NCBI GenBank assembly: GCA_963811215.1
Contig: CAWEQK010000002.1
Location: 117,891-181,890, forward strand
Source of the DNA: an uncultured Actinomycetota bacterium
GTDB lineage: Bacteria > Actinomycetota > Actinomycetes > Propionibacteriales > Nocardioidaceae
Direction of reading: 5' to 3'
DNA: 64,000 bases
Shown here one piece after another: positions 1-9,479 of this stretch. Every line of letters begins with the position of its first letter. Position 1 is the first letter of the stretch. A model generated the notes under the pieces. That model was not told the DNA's origin and searched no databases. It was given only the letters and a program-made list of their open reading frames with translations. A program made the translations under genes and the position numbers.

Positions 1-512
1 ACCGACAACGGGTGGCGCGGCACGGCGACGACGGCGTTGGAGTCCTCGAGCTGCCACGACAGGTCGCGCAGGATGCTCACGCCCTCGCGGGTCAGCACCA
101 TGTCGCCGTCCCACTTCATCGAGTAGGCGGTGCGCACGTGGGAGAAGGACCAGTTGTAGAAGTGCGCCAGGGAGTGCACCGAGTCGGGCCGGGTGGCCAG
201 GTGCTCGCTGCCGGCGCGCGAGACCTGGAAGGGGTACGACGTCACGGTGATCCGCTCCCCCGCGCCGCACTCCTCGGCGACCCGTCGGGCCACCTCGGGG
301 GTGCCGTCGTCGGAGAGGTTGTCGACGATCACGACGTGCTGGACCGCCTCGAGCATCGGCGGCAGCACCCAGGGCAGGTTGTGCGCCTCGTTCTTGAGCC
401 GGAACACGCAGGTCAGCCCGGGCCGCAGCGCGCCGTCCTTCCAGGGCCAGCGCACGTCGTAGGCGCTCTCGCCCTCGAGGCAGGCGATGTCGGCGCCGCG
501 CACCGGGCTCAT
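1..512 (-). CDS. Glycosyltransferase family 2-like protein (partial, runs off the left edge)
   Basis: Not in the ORF track. Manual translation from ATG 512, which overlaps the sulfotransferase stop (ATGA): MSPVRGADIACLEG...GLTCVFRLKNEAHNLPWVLPPMLEAVQHVVIVDNLSDDGT...YSMKWDGDM. GT-A signature (VDNxSxDGT) and a DxD motif. Confidence 0.8.
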   Translation of the reverse strand, partial: MSPVRGADIACLEGESAYDVRWPWKDGALRPGLTCVFRLKNEAHNLPWVLPPMLEAVQHVVIVDNLSDDGTPEVARRVAEECGAGERITVTSYPFQVSRAGSEHLATRPDSVHSLAHFYNWSFSHVRTAYSMKWDGDMVLTREGVSILRDLSWQLEDSNAVVAVPRHPLS

Positions 513-1582
513 CCGCGCTCCCGCCCGGCGGCCCGGCGCAGCCCCCGGCGCACCGAGGGCGGCACCAGCGCGCGCACCGAGTGCGGCACCCGGTGGACGG
601 CACTCGGCGGCACCGGCTGGGTGCGGGCGCCCTCGCGGCGCGCCGCGTCGGCCGTCGAGCGGGTCAGCGCCTGCGCCTCGTCGTACATCTCGGCGTACGC
701 CGCGCGCAGCTCGTCGAGGGTGGCCTGCACCTGCGGCGTGTCACCGCCCTCGTCGGGCAGCCGGTCGAGGGCCTCCCAGGTCTCCTGGGCGATGTCGCGC
801 AGCCGGCGTGGCACGTCGACGTCGGCCCAGGTCAGCGACACCCGCCGCAGGGAGGGGTCGACGTACTGGTGGACCTGGCGGATGTCGTTGGCCGAGGCCG
901 ACTTCACGGCGTCGAGGTCGAAGCGCTGGCCCAGGCCGAAGACCGGCACGGTCCAGTCGTCGAGCAGGTCGTGGTAGCGCACGAAGGCGCGGGCCGAGCC
1001 GCGGGTGCTGCGCTCGACGTGGAGCATCATGTTGACCCAGGCTGCGGTGCGGTGCACCTCGCTGGTGCGGGCGTCGTAGACGCGCTGCTTCGAGCCGACC
1101 ACCTCGGTGACCGGGCGCAGCATGGTGACGTAGCCGGCCTCGGCCTCGCTGCGCATCGCCGCGGAGCGCCACAGGCCCAGGAACCAGGCGAGGCGGGGGT
1201 CCTTGACGACCAGCTCGGGCCCGCCGGCGACCAGCTGCTCCTCGAGCCAGGTGTGCAGCCGCGTGCGCAGCGGCTCGAAGTTGTTGAGCCGGCCCGTGTC
1301 GAACCACGCCGAGGGCCGCGCGTCGGCCATCGAGACGTTGGTGCGCTCGAGGAGCTCGTCGTGCAGGTCGACGACCCACTGCGACTCCGCGAACCCCTTG
1401 GGGTTGGTGTCGTCGGCGGCCACCTCGGGCGCCGGGACGGTCAGGCCGAGGGTCTGCAGCGCCCCGGCCATGGTGCTGGTGCCGCTGCGTCCCGACCCGA
1501 CCACGAAGACGACACGGCGCTGCGGCGGGGCCGGGTCGACGAGCCGGGCAGGGGACTCCGAGGGGGTGGGCGCGTCGACCAT
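509..1582 (-). CDS. Sulfotransferase family protein
   Basis: PAPS-binding loop VVGSGRSGTS, plus NPKGFAES and VKDPR motifs. A -10 TAGTCT lies 7 nt before the ATG. Confidence 0.85.
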   Translation of the reverse strand: MVDAPTPSESPARLVDPAPPQRRVVFVVGSGRSGTSTMAGALQTLGLTVPAPEVAADDTNPKGFAESQWVVDLHDELLERTNVSMADARPSAWFDTGRLNNFEPLRTRLHTWLEEQLVAGGPELVVKDPRLAWFLGLWRSAAMRSEAEAGYVTMLRPVTEVVGSKQRVYDARTSEVHRTAAWVNMMLHVERSTRGSARAFVRYHDLLDDWTVPVFGLGQRFDLDAVKSASANDIRQVHQYVDPSLRRVSLTWADVDVPRRLRDIAQETWEALDRLPDEGGDTPQVQATLDELRAAYAEMYDEAQALTRSTADAARREGARTQPVPPSAVHRVPHSVRALVPPSVRRGLRRAAGRERG

Positions 1583-1610
1583 GGGCCTCAGACTAACGAG
1601 GTCGGGCGGC

Positions 1611-2957
1611 TCAGCCGACCGAGCGGGTCTGGGCGGCGATCACCGCGGCGTACCACTCGAACGACGCCTTGGGGGTGCGCACCTGCGTCTGGTGGTCGAC
1701 GTGGACCAGCCCGTAGCGCTGCTCCAGGCCGTGCACCCACTCGAAGCTGTCGAGCAGCGACCACACGTAGTAGCCGCGCACGTCGACCCCGCGCTGGCAC
1801 GCCGCGGCCACGGCGCGCAGGTGGGCGTCGAGGTAGGCGATGCGCTCCTGGTCGTCGACCACGCCCGCCCCGTCGGGCCCGGTCGAGTACGCCGCCCCCG
1901 ACTCGGTGACGACCACCGGCGGCAGCGCGGCGCGGTAGCGGGCCCGCAGGGTGATCAGCCACTCGCGCAGCGAGTCGGGCACCACCGGCCAACCGATGTC
2001 GGTGACCGGGTAGCCGACCAGCTCGCACACCTCGAACGGGATCGGGGAGTCCTCCGGCGCCGCGCCGATCCTGATCGGGCTGTAGTAGTTGACACCGTAG
2101 AAGTCGAGCGGCTGGCGGATCGTGGCCAGGTCACCGGGGCGCACCGCCTCCTCGACCAGCGGCGCCAGGTCCACCGGGTAGCGCCCCAGCAGCATCGGCT
2201 CGAGGAACAACCCGTTCCACAGCGCGTCGAAGAGCTTGGTGGCGCCCACGTCGGCGGGGTCCTCGCTGGCCGGCCACATGGGGGCGTGGTTGTTGGCGCA
2301 GCCGACCGAGGACGCGCCGGCGGCGCGCAGCTCGACGACCGCCCGGCCGTGGGCCAGCAGCAGGTGGTGGGCCACCGGGAGCGAGTCGAAGCCCATCTCG
2401 CGGCCGGGGGCGTGCATCCCGGTCGCGTGCCCCATGATCGTGACGACGTTGGGCTCCACGACGGGGATCCAGTGCTCGACCCGGTCGGCGAGCCGCTCAC
2501 CGACCACGCCGGCGTACTCGGCGAAGGCCTCGACGGTGGCGCGGTTGAGCCAGCCGCCCTCGTCCTCGAGCGCCTGCGGCAGGTCCCAGTGGTAGAGCGC
2601 GGCCATCGGCGCGACGCCGTGCGAGAGCATCTCGTCGACGAGCCGGTCGTAGAAGTCCAGACCCGCGGCGTTGACCGCCCCGCGCCCGGTCGGCAGCACC
2701 CGCGACCACGAGATCGAGAACCGGTGGCCCCCGACGCCCAGCCGCGCCATCAGCGCGACGTCGTCGCGGTAGCGGCGGTAGGAGTCGCAGGCCGGCTCGC
2801 CGGTGGTGGCGTCGAGGACGGCGCCCGGCAGGCTCGCGAAGGTGTCCCAGATCGACGGACCCCGACCGTCGACGTCGGTGCTGCCCTCGCTCTGGTACGC
2901 CGACGTGGCCGTGCCGAGCCGGAAGCCCGGCGGCAGCTCGGGAAAGGAGGCTCGCAC
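1611..2957 (-). CDS. Glycoside hydrolase family 1 (beta-glucosidase-like)
   Basis: FRLGTATSAYQSEG, RFSISWSR, LYHWDLP, acid/base VVEP, GVNYY, nucleophile VTESG, WSLLDSFEW. Start is GTG 2957 or 2963. Confidence 0.9.
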   Translation of the reverse strand: MRASFPELPPGFRLGTATSAYQSEGSTDVDGRGPSIWDTFASLPGAVLDATTGEPACDSYRRYRDDVALMARLGVGGHRFSISWSRVLPTGRGAVNAAGLDFYDRLVDEMLSHGVAPMAALYHWDLPQALEDEGGWLNRATVEAFAEYAGVVGERLADRVEHWIPVVEPNVVTIMGHATGMHAPGREMGFDSLPVAHHLLLAHGRAVVELRAAGASSVGCANNHAPMWPASEDPADVGATKLFDALWNGLFLEPMLLGRYPVDLAPLVEEAVRPGDLATIRQPLDFYGVNYYSPIRIGAAPEDSPIPFEVCELVGYPVTDIGWPVVPDSLREWLITLRARYRAALPPVVVTESGAAYSTGPDGAGVVDDQERIAYLDAHLRAVAAACQRGVDVRGYYVWSLLDSFEWVHGLEQRYGLVHVDHQTQVRTPKASFEWYAAVIAAQTRSVG

Positions 2958-2973
2958 CTGCACAATGATGCCT

Positions 2974-3651
2974 GTGACCGTGGAGATCCGTCGGGGAACC
3001 ACCCGCTTCTTGACCCGGGTGCCCGGGCGACTGACCCGGCACGCCTTCTCGTTCGGCGAGCACTACGACCCCGAGCGGCTCTCCTTCGGACCGATGGTGT
3101 GCCACGACGACCACCTGGTGCGCGGCGGGCAGGGCTTCGAGGAGCACGCCCACAGCGACCTCGAGATCGTCACCTGGGTGGTCTCGGGGGCGCTGCGCCA
3201 CGTCGACGACGCGGGGCACGAGCAGGTCGTGCCCGCCGGCTCGCTGGCCGTGCTGTCGGCCGGCAGCGGGGTGCGGCACGCCGAGACCGCCGTCGCCGGG
3301 GCCGGCCCGACCCGGTGGGTGCAGACCTGGCTGCGCCCCGGCACCACCGGCACCGAGCCGTCGTACGCCGTCGCCCCGGTCGACCCGGGTGCGCGCGGGC
3401 TGGTGCCGGCGCCGCTGGGTGTGGGCGTCGAGGGCGCGAGCCTGGCGGTGGCGCAGCTGCGCGGCGGCGACACCCTCGAGCTGCCCGCCGCGCCGCGGGT
3501 GCACGCCTACGTCACGCGGGGCGCGCTGCTGCGCTCCTCGCTCGCCGAGCCGTTGGCGGTCGGCGACGCCTTCTGCTTCACCGACGAGCCGGCCCACCCG
3601 ATCGTCGCGGCGGTCGACACCCAGCTGCTGGTCTGGACCTTCGCCGGCTGA
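2974..3651 (+). CDS. Pirin family protein
   Basis: TRHAFSFG, GFEEHAHSDLEIVTWVVSGALRHVD, SAGSGVRHAE cupin metal motifs. A -10-like CACAAT lies 7 nt before GTG 2974. Confidence 0.9.
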   Translation: MTVEIRRGTTRFLTRVPGRLTRHAFSFGEHYDPERLSFGPMVCHDDHLVRGGQGFEEHAHSDLEIVTWVVSGALRHVDDAGHEQVVPAGSLAVLSAGSGVRHAETAVAGAGPTRWVQTWLRPGTTGTEPSYAVAPVDPGARGLVPAPLGVGVEGASLAVAQLRGGDTLELPAAPRVHAYVTRGALLRSSLAEPLAVGDAFCFTDEPAHPIVAAVDTQLLVWTFAG

Positions 3652-3676
3652 GCCCGGCGTGCGCGCGCGGGCTCGC

Positions 3677-3940
3677 TCAGCCGCGGTCGCCGGGGCGCCG
3701 TTCCTGTCGGCGGTCCTCGTCGCCGAGCCCGCCGACGTGGGTCGCCAGCGCGACCAGGAGCAGGAAGGCCCCCCACACCAGGCCTGCGACCAGCAGCATG
3801 CCGGGAGCCAGGAGGTCGTCGGTGACCTGGGTCAGGACCAGCGCCACGGAGGTCGCGACCGCGATCGTCCAGGCGCCGCGGCGCGCCAGACGGGCCGGAC
3901 GGGTGCCGGTCCAGCCGGTCGGCTGCGCGGGGTCGATCAC
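3677..3940 (-). CDS. Small two-TM membrane protein (hypothetical)
   Basis: 87 aa with two hydrophobic segments. A -10 TAGAGT lies 6 nt before the GTG. Confidence 0.65.
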   Translation of the reverse strand: MIDPAQPTGWTGTRPARLARRGAWTIAVATSVALVLTQVTDDLLAPGMLLVAGLVWGAFLLLVALATHVGGLGDEDRRQERRPGDRG

Positions 3941-3999
3941 GTCGTCACTCTAGTGAGGCCCGGCCCGCCCCGCCTGCCGTGATGCGGCAGGCTGGGGTC

Positions 4000-4641
4000 A
4001 TGGAACCCGACGGCACCCGCGAACGGCTGGCCACCTGGCTCGAGGACCTCGGGCTCGTCGACCACCTCGGCGAGGCCGGCCTGCCGACGATGGCGCGCGG
4101 CCCCGAGGGCCGCGCCGTGTGGACCGACCCGGTCACCGGTGCGGAGCTCAGCGACGACCAGGTCGCCGACCTCGACGCCGTGCTGCACCAGGAGGGCAGC
4201 GACCCCGCGCACGCGGTGCCGGTGCCGCTGCTGCAGATCGCCCAGCAGGCGCGGGTGCACGACGAGCTGCTGACCAGCCCGTGGCACACCTACGACTCCC
4301 TGGCCCGGCTGCGCGGCGCCTCGGTCGAGCGCACCCGCTTCGCGGTGCACAAGGCGGCCGGGCTGCACCGTCTGCTCGTCGTCACCGGCCCGACCGGCGC
4401 GATGGTGCCCGCCTTCCAGCTCGACGCCGCCGGCGAGCCCCGGCCCGAGCTCGCGCCGCTCCTCGAGCCGCTGCTGGGCGCCGGCATGGACGGCTGGCGG
4501 ACCTGGGCCTGGCTGACCCGGCCCGCGGCCCTGGCGGCGGGCCTGGTGCCCGAGCAGGCCGCCGGCAGCCACGACCCCGCCGACGTCGACGTCGTACGCC
4601 GCGCGGCGCAGCGCCTGGCGCGCACGCTCAGCGGCGGTTGA
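4000..4641 (+). CDS. Hypothetical protein with HTH and Xre/MbcA/ParS-like or Rv2175c-like C-terminal region
   Basis: YDSLARLRG HTH-like segment followed by VPAFQLD...GWRTWAWLTRPAALAAGLVP. CAGGCT lies 6 nt before ATG 4000. Confidence 0.6.
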   Translation: MEPDGTRERLATWLEDLGLVDHLGEAGLPTMARGPEGRAVWTDPVTGAELSDDQVADLDAVLHQEGSDPAHAVPVPLLQIAQQARVHDELLTSPWHTYDSLARLRGASVERTRFAVHKAAGLHRLLVVTGPTGAMVPAFQLDAAGEPRPELAPLLEPLLGAGMDGWRTWAWLTRPAALAAGLVPEQAAGSHDPADVDVVRRAAQRLARTLSGG

Positions 4642-4643
4642 CA

Positions 4644-4682
4644 CCCGCCGAGCCGGCGCCACTTCCCGCCGAGCCGGCGCCA
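4644..4682. repeat. Tandem 18-nt repeat CCCGCCGAGCCGGCGCCA x2 (21-nt period), REP-like, between convergent genes
   Basis: Copies at 4644-4661 and 4665-4682. Confidence 0.75.
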
Positions 4683-4687
4683 GCTCC

Positions 4688-5609
4688 TCAGCCGATCACC
4701 CGCAGCGCGCCGGGGCGCACCTGCACCACGGCCGGCGCCCGGCCGAGGCCGGGCAGCTCGCCGAGCGGCTCGCCGTCGCCACCCACCGGCAGCGGGGTGC
4801 GGCCGTCGGCGTTGAGCTCGACCCGGGCGCCGCGCAGCACCGTGACCTGGGGCAGGTCGACGTGGGAGCCGTCGTAGATCTTGGGGAACGAGCGCACCAG
4901 CGCGGTCCGTGAGGCGGCCTCGACCACCACCACGTCGAGCAGGCCGTCGTCGACGACGGCGCCGGGGGCGACCTTCATGCCCTTGCCGTAGTAGGCGGAA
5001 CCGGCCACCACGACCAGCGCCGGCGGCGTACTCGCGCGCCTCGCCGTCGACCGCCACCCGGAACCGGCCGGGGCGGTACGTCGCGATCGCGCGGACCGCG
5101 GCCAGCGGGTACTGCAGCTTCTGCGGGGTCCAGCGCATCCGGTCGACCATCGCGGCCGCACGGGCGTCGATGCCGGAGTAGACGGAGCCGGCCACCAGCC
5201 GGCTCGGCTCGCCGGGCAGGGTCCAGGCCAGCAGGTCGACCTCGCGCACCGGGCCGTGCAGCAGGTGCTCGGCGACCGCGGCCGGCTCGGAGGACAGCCC
5301 CAGCATCCGCGCGAAGTCGTTGCCGCGCCCGGCCGGCAGCACCCCCAGCACCCCGCCGGCGGTCGAGACCGCACCGGCGAGGTGGGAGAGCATGCCGTCG
5401 CCGCCCACCGAGACCACGACGTCGCCGCGCTCGACGGCGGCCCGCACGAGGTCGTCGGTGGCCCGCGGGCCCGGCGAGTAGGTCACGTCGACCGAGGCGC
5501 CCGCCTCGCGCAGCAGCCGGGCGACCGGCACCACGGCCTCGGGCGCCGCGCCGCCCCCGGAGGCGGGGTTGACCAGGAACGTGAAGGAGCGCTCGGCCTG
5601 GGTGCTCAC
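4688..5609 (-). CDS. Diacylglycerol/lipid kinase family protein (Rv2252-like); one frameshift near 5020
   Basis: FLVNPASGGG, VSVGGDGML, LPAGRGNDFAR; after the shift [25 protein letters not shown] overlap with the upstream oxidase. Confidence 0.85.
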
Positions 5610-7230
5610 GGGACCAGCACCCCCGGGTTGAGCACTCCGGTCGGGTCGAGGTCGGCCTTGACCGCGCGCAGCACCGAGACGCCCAGGTCGCCGATCTCGG
5701 CGCCACAGCCACGGCCGGTGGTCGGTGCCGACGGCGTGGTGGTGGCTGATGGTGGCGCCGTGGGCGACGATCGCGTCGTTGGCCGCGGCCTTGGCCCGGC
5801 CCCAGCGCTCCAGCGGCGCCTCGCCGGCGCCGGTGGCGACGGTGAAGTAGAGCGAGCAGCCGGTCTCGTAGACGTGGGAGATGTGGCACAGCACGATCGC
5901 GGAGCCGCCCTCGGCACCGAGCTCGCGCTCGAGCGCCGCGCGCACGTCGGCGTACAGCGCGTCGACCTTCGACCAGAAGGTGGCGGTCTCGAGGGTCTCG
6001 ACCAGCACGCCGACGTCGAGCATCGAGTCGCGCAGGTACGGCGCGTGGAAGCGGCCGTGGGCCCATGCCTCCCCCGGCTCGTCACCGAGCGGGGTGCCGC
6101 CGAGCCCGGTGAGCACCTCGGTGACCGCGGCGCGCCGGGACCCGACCTGGGCGGGGGTGCCCTCGTGGCCCACGATCATCAGGCAGCCGGTGGACTCCTC
6201 GCCGATCGCGTCGGGCCGCGCCAGGTTGAGCCCGGTCTCGGCCTCGTCGGAGAGCCGCAGCACGGTGGGCAGCGTGCCCGACTGGACGAGCGCGCCGCAT
6301 CGCGGCGGCGCCCTCGACGAAGGAGCCCCAGCGCCAGCCCTCGTAGACCTTGACCTCCGGAAGTCGGCGCACCCGCACGGTGACGGCGGTGATCACGCCG
6401 AAGGCGCCCTCGGAGCCCAGCACCAGCTGGCGCAGGTCGGGGCCGGCGGCGTTGGCGGGCGACGAGCCGAGCCGCCACTCGCCGCGCGGGGTGGCGACCC
6501 GCAGCCCGACGACCATCTGGTCGAAGCGCCCGTAGCCGGCGCTCGACTGGCCCGAGGAGCGGGTGGCGGCGAAGCCGCCGATCGAGGCGTGCTCGAAGGA
6601 CTGCGGGTAGTGGCCCAGGCACAGCCCGTGCTCGGCGAGCAGCGCCTCGGCCTCGGGGCCGCGCAGGCCGGGCTCGAGGGTGGCGGTCATCGAGACCTCG
6701 TCGACCTCGAGCAGCGCGTCGAGGCGGACCAGGTCGAGCGAGACCAGGCCGGCGTAGCCGTCGCGGCGGGCCGCCAGGCCACCGGTGACGCAGGTGCCGC
6801 CGCCGAAGGGCACGAGCGCCAGGTGGCGCTCGACGGCCAGGGCGAGCAGCGCCGCGACCTCGTCGTGGCCGCCGGGGCGCACCACGGCGTCGGGGGCGTC
6901 GGCCAGGTCACCGGCCCGGGCGCGCAGCAGGTCGGGGGTCGACTTGCCCCGGGTGCGCAGCCGTCGTGAGGCGTCGTCGACGTGCACGTGGTCGGCGCCG
7001 ACCACGTCCGCCAGCGCCGCGAGCACGTCGTCACCGAGGCCCACCGGGGGCAGCTCGACCTCGGTGGCGGCGGGCGTCTCGTGCCGGCCGAAGGCGAGCT
7101 CGACCAGCGCGCGGGCGGCCCCGGGCAGCGCGGTCGCGGCGGCCGGGTCGCCCCAGCGCTGCGGGTGCATCTCGCGCGGGTGCGCACCGGTGGACGGGCG
7201 GCCGTGGGGAACAGTGGTGTCGTGGGTCAC
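5606..7230 (-). CDS. FAD-binding oxidoreductase, alkyl-dihydroxyacetonephosphate synthase-like (Rv2251-like); frameshifts near 6295 and 5705
   Basis: PDAVVRP, VPFGGGT, GHYPQSFE, SSGQSSAGYG, LGSEGAFGVIT, CHISHVY, ISHHHAVG, LDPTGVLNPG spread over three frames. Confidence 0.88.
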
Positions 7231-7265
7231 GTGTTACAGTGTGACATATGACGTCACTGTGTCAC
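7226..7265. promoter_or_regulatory. Overlapping divergent promoters and probable TetR operator
   Basis: Only 17 bp separate the divergent starts. Near-palindrome TGTTAC-AGT-GTGACA (7232-7246), five GTNAC half-sites, and -10 TACAGT 7 nt before ATG 7248. Confidence 0.6.
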
Positions 7266-7844
7266 AACGATGCGCAGCACGACCCCCGCGACGCCTACCT
7301 CGACGCGGCCCGCGAGTGCATCCTCGACGTCGGCTGGCGGCGTACGACGCTCACCGAGGTCGCGCGCCGCGCGGGCGTCTCGCGGATGACGATCTACCGC
7401 TCCTGGGCCGACATGCCGACCCTGCTCGGCGACCTGATGACCCGCGAGTGGTCGGGGCTGGTCGCACGCACCGTCGCCGACGAGGGACCGGACGGCACGG
7501 TCGAGCGGATCGTCGACGAGGTGGCCCGCACCATCGAGGCGCTGCGCCGCAACGAGCTGTTCGTGCGCATCGTCGAGCTCGACCCCGAGCTGGTGCTGCC
7601 CTACCTGCTGCACCGCCGCGGCCGCTCGCAGGAGCTCATCGCCACCCTGCTCACCGACGAGCTGGCCCGCGGCCAGGCGGCCGGCGAGGTGCGGTCCGGG
7701 TCGCCCCTGGCGATCGCGCGCAGCCTGGTGCTGGCCGCCCACGGGTTCGTGCTCTCGGCGCACACCATGGTCGACGACGACGTGTCGGCCGCCGACCTCG
7801 ACGCCGAGCTGCGCCACCTGCTGGCCCGGGCGCTGCGCCCGTGA
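7248..7844 (+). CDS. TetR/AcrR family regulator (Rv2250c-like)
   Basis: HTH TTLTEVARRAGVSRMTIYR; translationally coupled to glpD. Confidence 0.92.
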   Translation: MTSLCHNDAQHDPRDAYLDAARECILDVGWRRTTLTEVARRAGVSRMTIYRSWADMPTLLGDLMTREWSGLVARTVADEGPDGTVERIVDEVARTIEALRRNELFVRIVELDPELVLPYLLHRRGRSQELIATLLTDELARGQAAGEVRSGSPLAIARSLVLAAHGFVLSAHTMVDDDVSAADLDAELRHLLARALRP

Positions 7845-9430
7845 GCGCCCCGACCCGCCCGGCGACCCGCATCCGCGCCGGCCTGGCACAGGCCCCCACC
7901 GACGTCGACCTGGTCGTCGTCGGGCTCGGCGTCACCGGCGTCGGGGTCGCCCTCGACGCGGTCACCCGCGGGCTGTCGGTGCTCGCCGTCGACGCCCACG
8001 ACCTGGCCTTCGGCACCTCGCGCTGGAGCTCGAAGATGGTGCACGGCGGGCTGCGCTACCTGGCCCAGGGCCAGGTCGGGGTCGCCCACGAGAGCGCCGT
8101 CGAGCGCGGCATCCTGATGCAGACCACCGCGCCCCACCTGACCCGCGCGATGCCGATGCTGATCCCGATCACCTCCGGCACCGCTCCCCTGCAGCGGCTG
8201 CTGTCGCGCAGCGGGCTGGCCGCCGGCGACCTGCTGCGCCGCGGCGCGCGCACCAGCGCCGAGACCTTGCCCCGCCCGCGCCGGCTCTCGCGCACCGAGA
8301 CCCTCGCGATGGCCCCCGGCCTGCGCCCCGCCGGGCTGAGCGGGGGCCTGCTCGGCTGGGACGGCCAGCTCGAGGACGACGCCCGCCTGGTCACCACCAT
8401 CGCGCGCACCGCCGCGGCGTACGGCGCCCACGTGCGCACCCGCGCCCGGGTGCTCAGGGCCAGCGGCACCGAGGTGTCGCTGCGCGACGAGACCACCGGC
8501 ACCACCGCGACCGTGCGGGCCGGCGCGGTCGTCAACGCCGCCGGCGTGTGGGCCGGCGACCTGGCCGACGAGGTGGTCCTGCGCCCCAGCCGCGGCACGC
8601 ACCTGGTGCTGCGCGGCGACCGGCTGCCGGGCCTGCGCACCAGCGTCTTCGCCCCGGTGCCGGGCTCGACCAACCGCTTCGTGATGGTGCTGCCCCAGCC
8701 CGACGCCACGATCTACGTCGGGCTGACCGACGAGCCCGCGCCCGGCCCGGTGCCCGACGTGCCGCAGCCGACCGAGCCCGAGATCGGCTTCCTGCTCGAC
8801 GTGGTCGCGGCGACCTTCGCGACGCCGCTGCGCCGCGACGACGTCGTGGGTGCGTACGCCGGGCTGCGGCCGCTGCTCGACGTCACCGGCTCCGACGGGT
8901 CCCAGGGCTCCGGCCAGACCGCCGACCTGTCGCGCCGGCACGCGGTGCTGACCGGGCGCAGCGGCGTGGTCACCGTGGTGGGCGGCAAGCTCACCACCTA
9001 CCGGCGGATGGCCCAGGACGCCGTCGACGCCGCCGTGGAGGTGGGCGGGCTGGCGGCCGGGCCGTGCACGACCGCGACCCTGCCGCTGCTCGGTGCCGCG
9101 CCACGGCCGGTGCTCGACGCCCTCGAGGAGCCCGCCCGGCTGGTACGCCGCTTCGGCACCGACGCCGCCCTGGTGCTGGCCACCGCTCGCGAGGTCGCGG
9201 CCCGGGCCGGCGAGCCGCTCGACGACGAGGAGCTGCTGGCCCCCGCGGCCGAGCAGGTGCCGGTGACGCTGGCCGAGCTGCTCTTCGCGGTGAGCGACGA
9301 GGGCGCGCACGACGTCGACGACCTGCTCGAGCGGCGTACGAGGGTCGGACTGGTGGCCTCCGACCGGGCGCTCGCCGAGCCGCTCGCCGAGCGGGCCCTC
9401 GCCCTGATGGGGCGAGCGATGAGTTCCTGA
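7841..9430 (+). CDS. glpD: FAD-dependent glycerol-3-phosphate dehydrogenase/oxidase
   Basis: DLVVVGLGVTG, GTSRWSSKMVHGGLRYL, DGQLEDDARL, YAGLRPL, GGKLTTYRRMA. Confidence 0.92.
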   Translation: MSAPTRPATRIRAGLAQAPTDVDLVVVGLGVTGVGVALDAVTRGLSVLAVDAHDLAFGTSRWSSKMVHGGLRYLAQGQVGVAHESAVERGILMQTTAPHLTRAMPMLIPITSGTAPLQRLLSRSGLAAGDLLRRGARTSAETLPRPRRLSRTETLAMAPGLRPAGLSGGLLGWDGQLEDDARLVTTIARTAAAYGAHVRTRARVLRASGTEVSLRDETTGTTATVRAGAVVNAAGVWAGDLADEVVLRPSRGTHLVLRGDRLPGLRTSVFAPVPGSTNRFVMVLPQPDATIYVGLTDEPAPGPVPDVPQPTEPEIGFLLDVVAATFATPLRRDDVVGAYAGLRPLLDVTGSDGSQGSGQTADLSRRHAVLTGRSGVVTVVGGKLTTYRRMAQDAVDAAVEVGGLAAGPCTTATLPLLGAAPRPVLDALEEPARLVRRFGTDAALVLATAREVAARAGEPLDDEELLAPAAEQVPVTLAELLFAVSDEGAHDVDDLLERRTRVGLVASDRALAEPLAERALALMGRAMSS

Positions 9431-9447
9431 GCCTGGCCGGGTCGGAG
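9417..9447 (+). promoter_or_regulatory. SigG-type ECF promoter upstream of sigG (autoregulation candidate)
   Basis: CGATGA-N18-GTCGGAG, compared with the recalled mycobacterial SigG consensus CGATGA-N18-GTCNNTA. Confidence 0.6.
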
Positions 9448-9479
9448 CAGTGAGGCGCACACTGTGAGGAGCACACCCG

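Noticed and set aside
1203-3953. 916-aa + strand ORF and similar long ORFs (16408-19419, 50322-52865 beyond its DUF429 part, 55174-57300, 42878-44926, 44688-46679)
   Set aside because: Antisense or off-frame shadows of well-supported genes. They are low-complexity or lack any family motif, as expected when stop codons are rare in very high-GC DNA.
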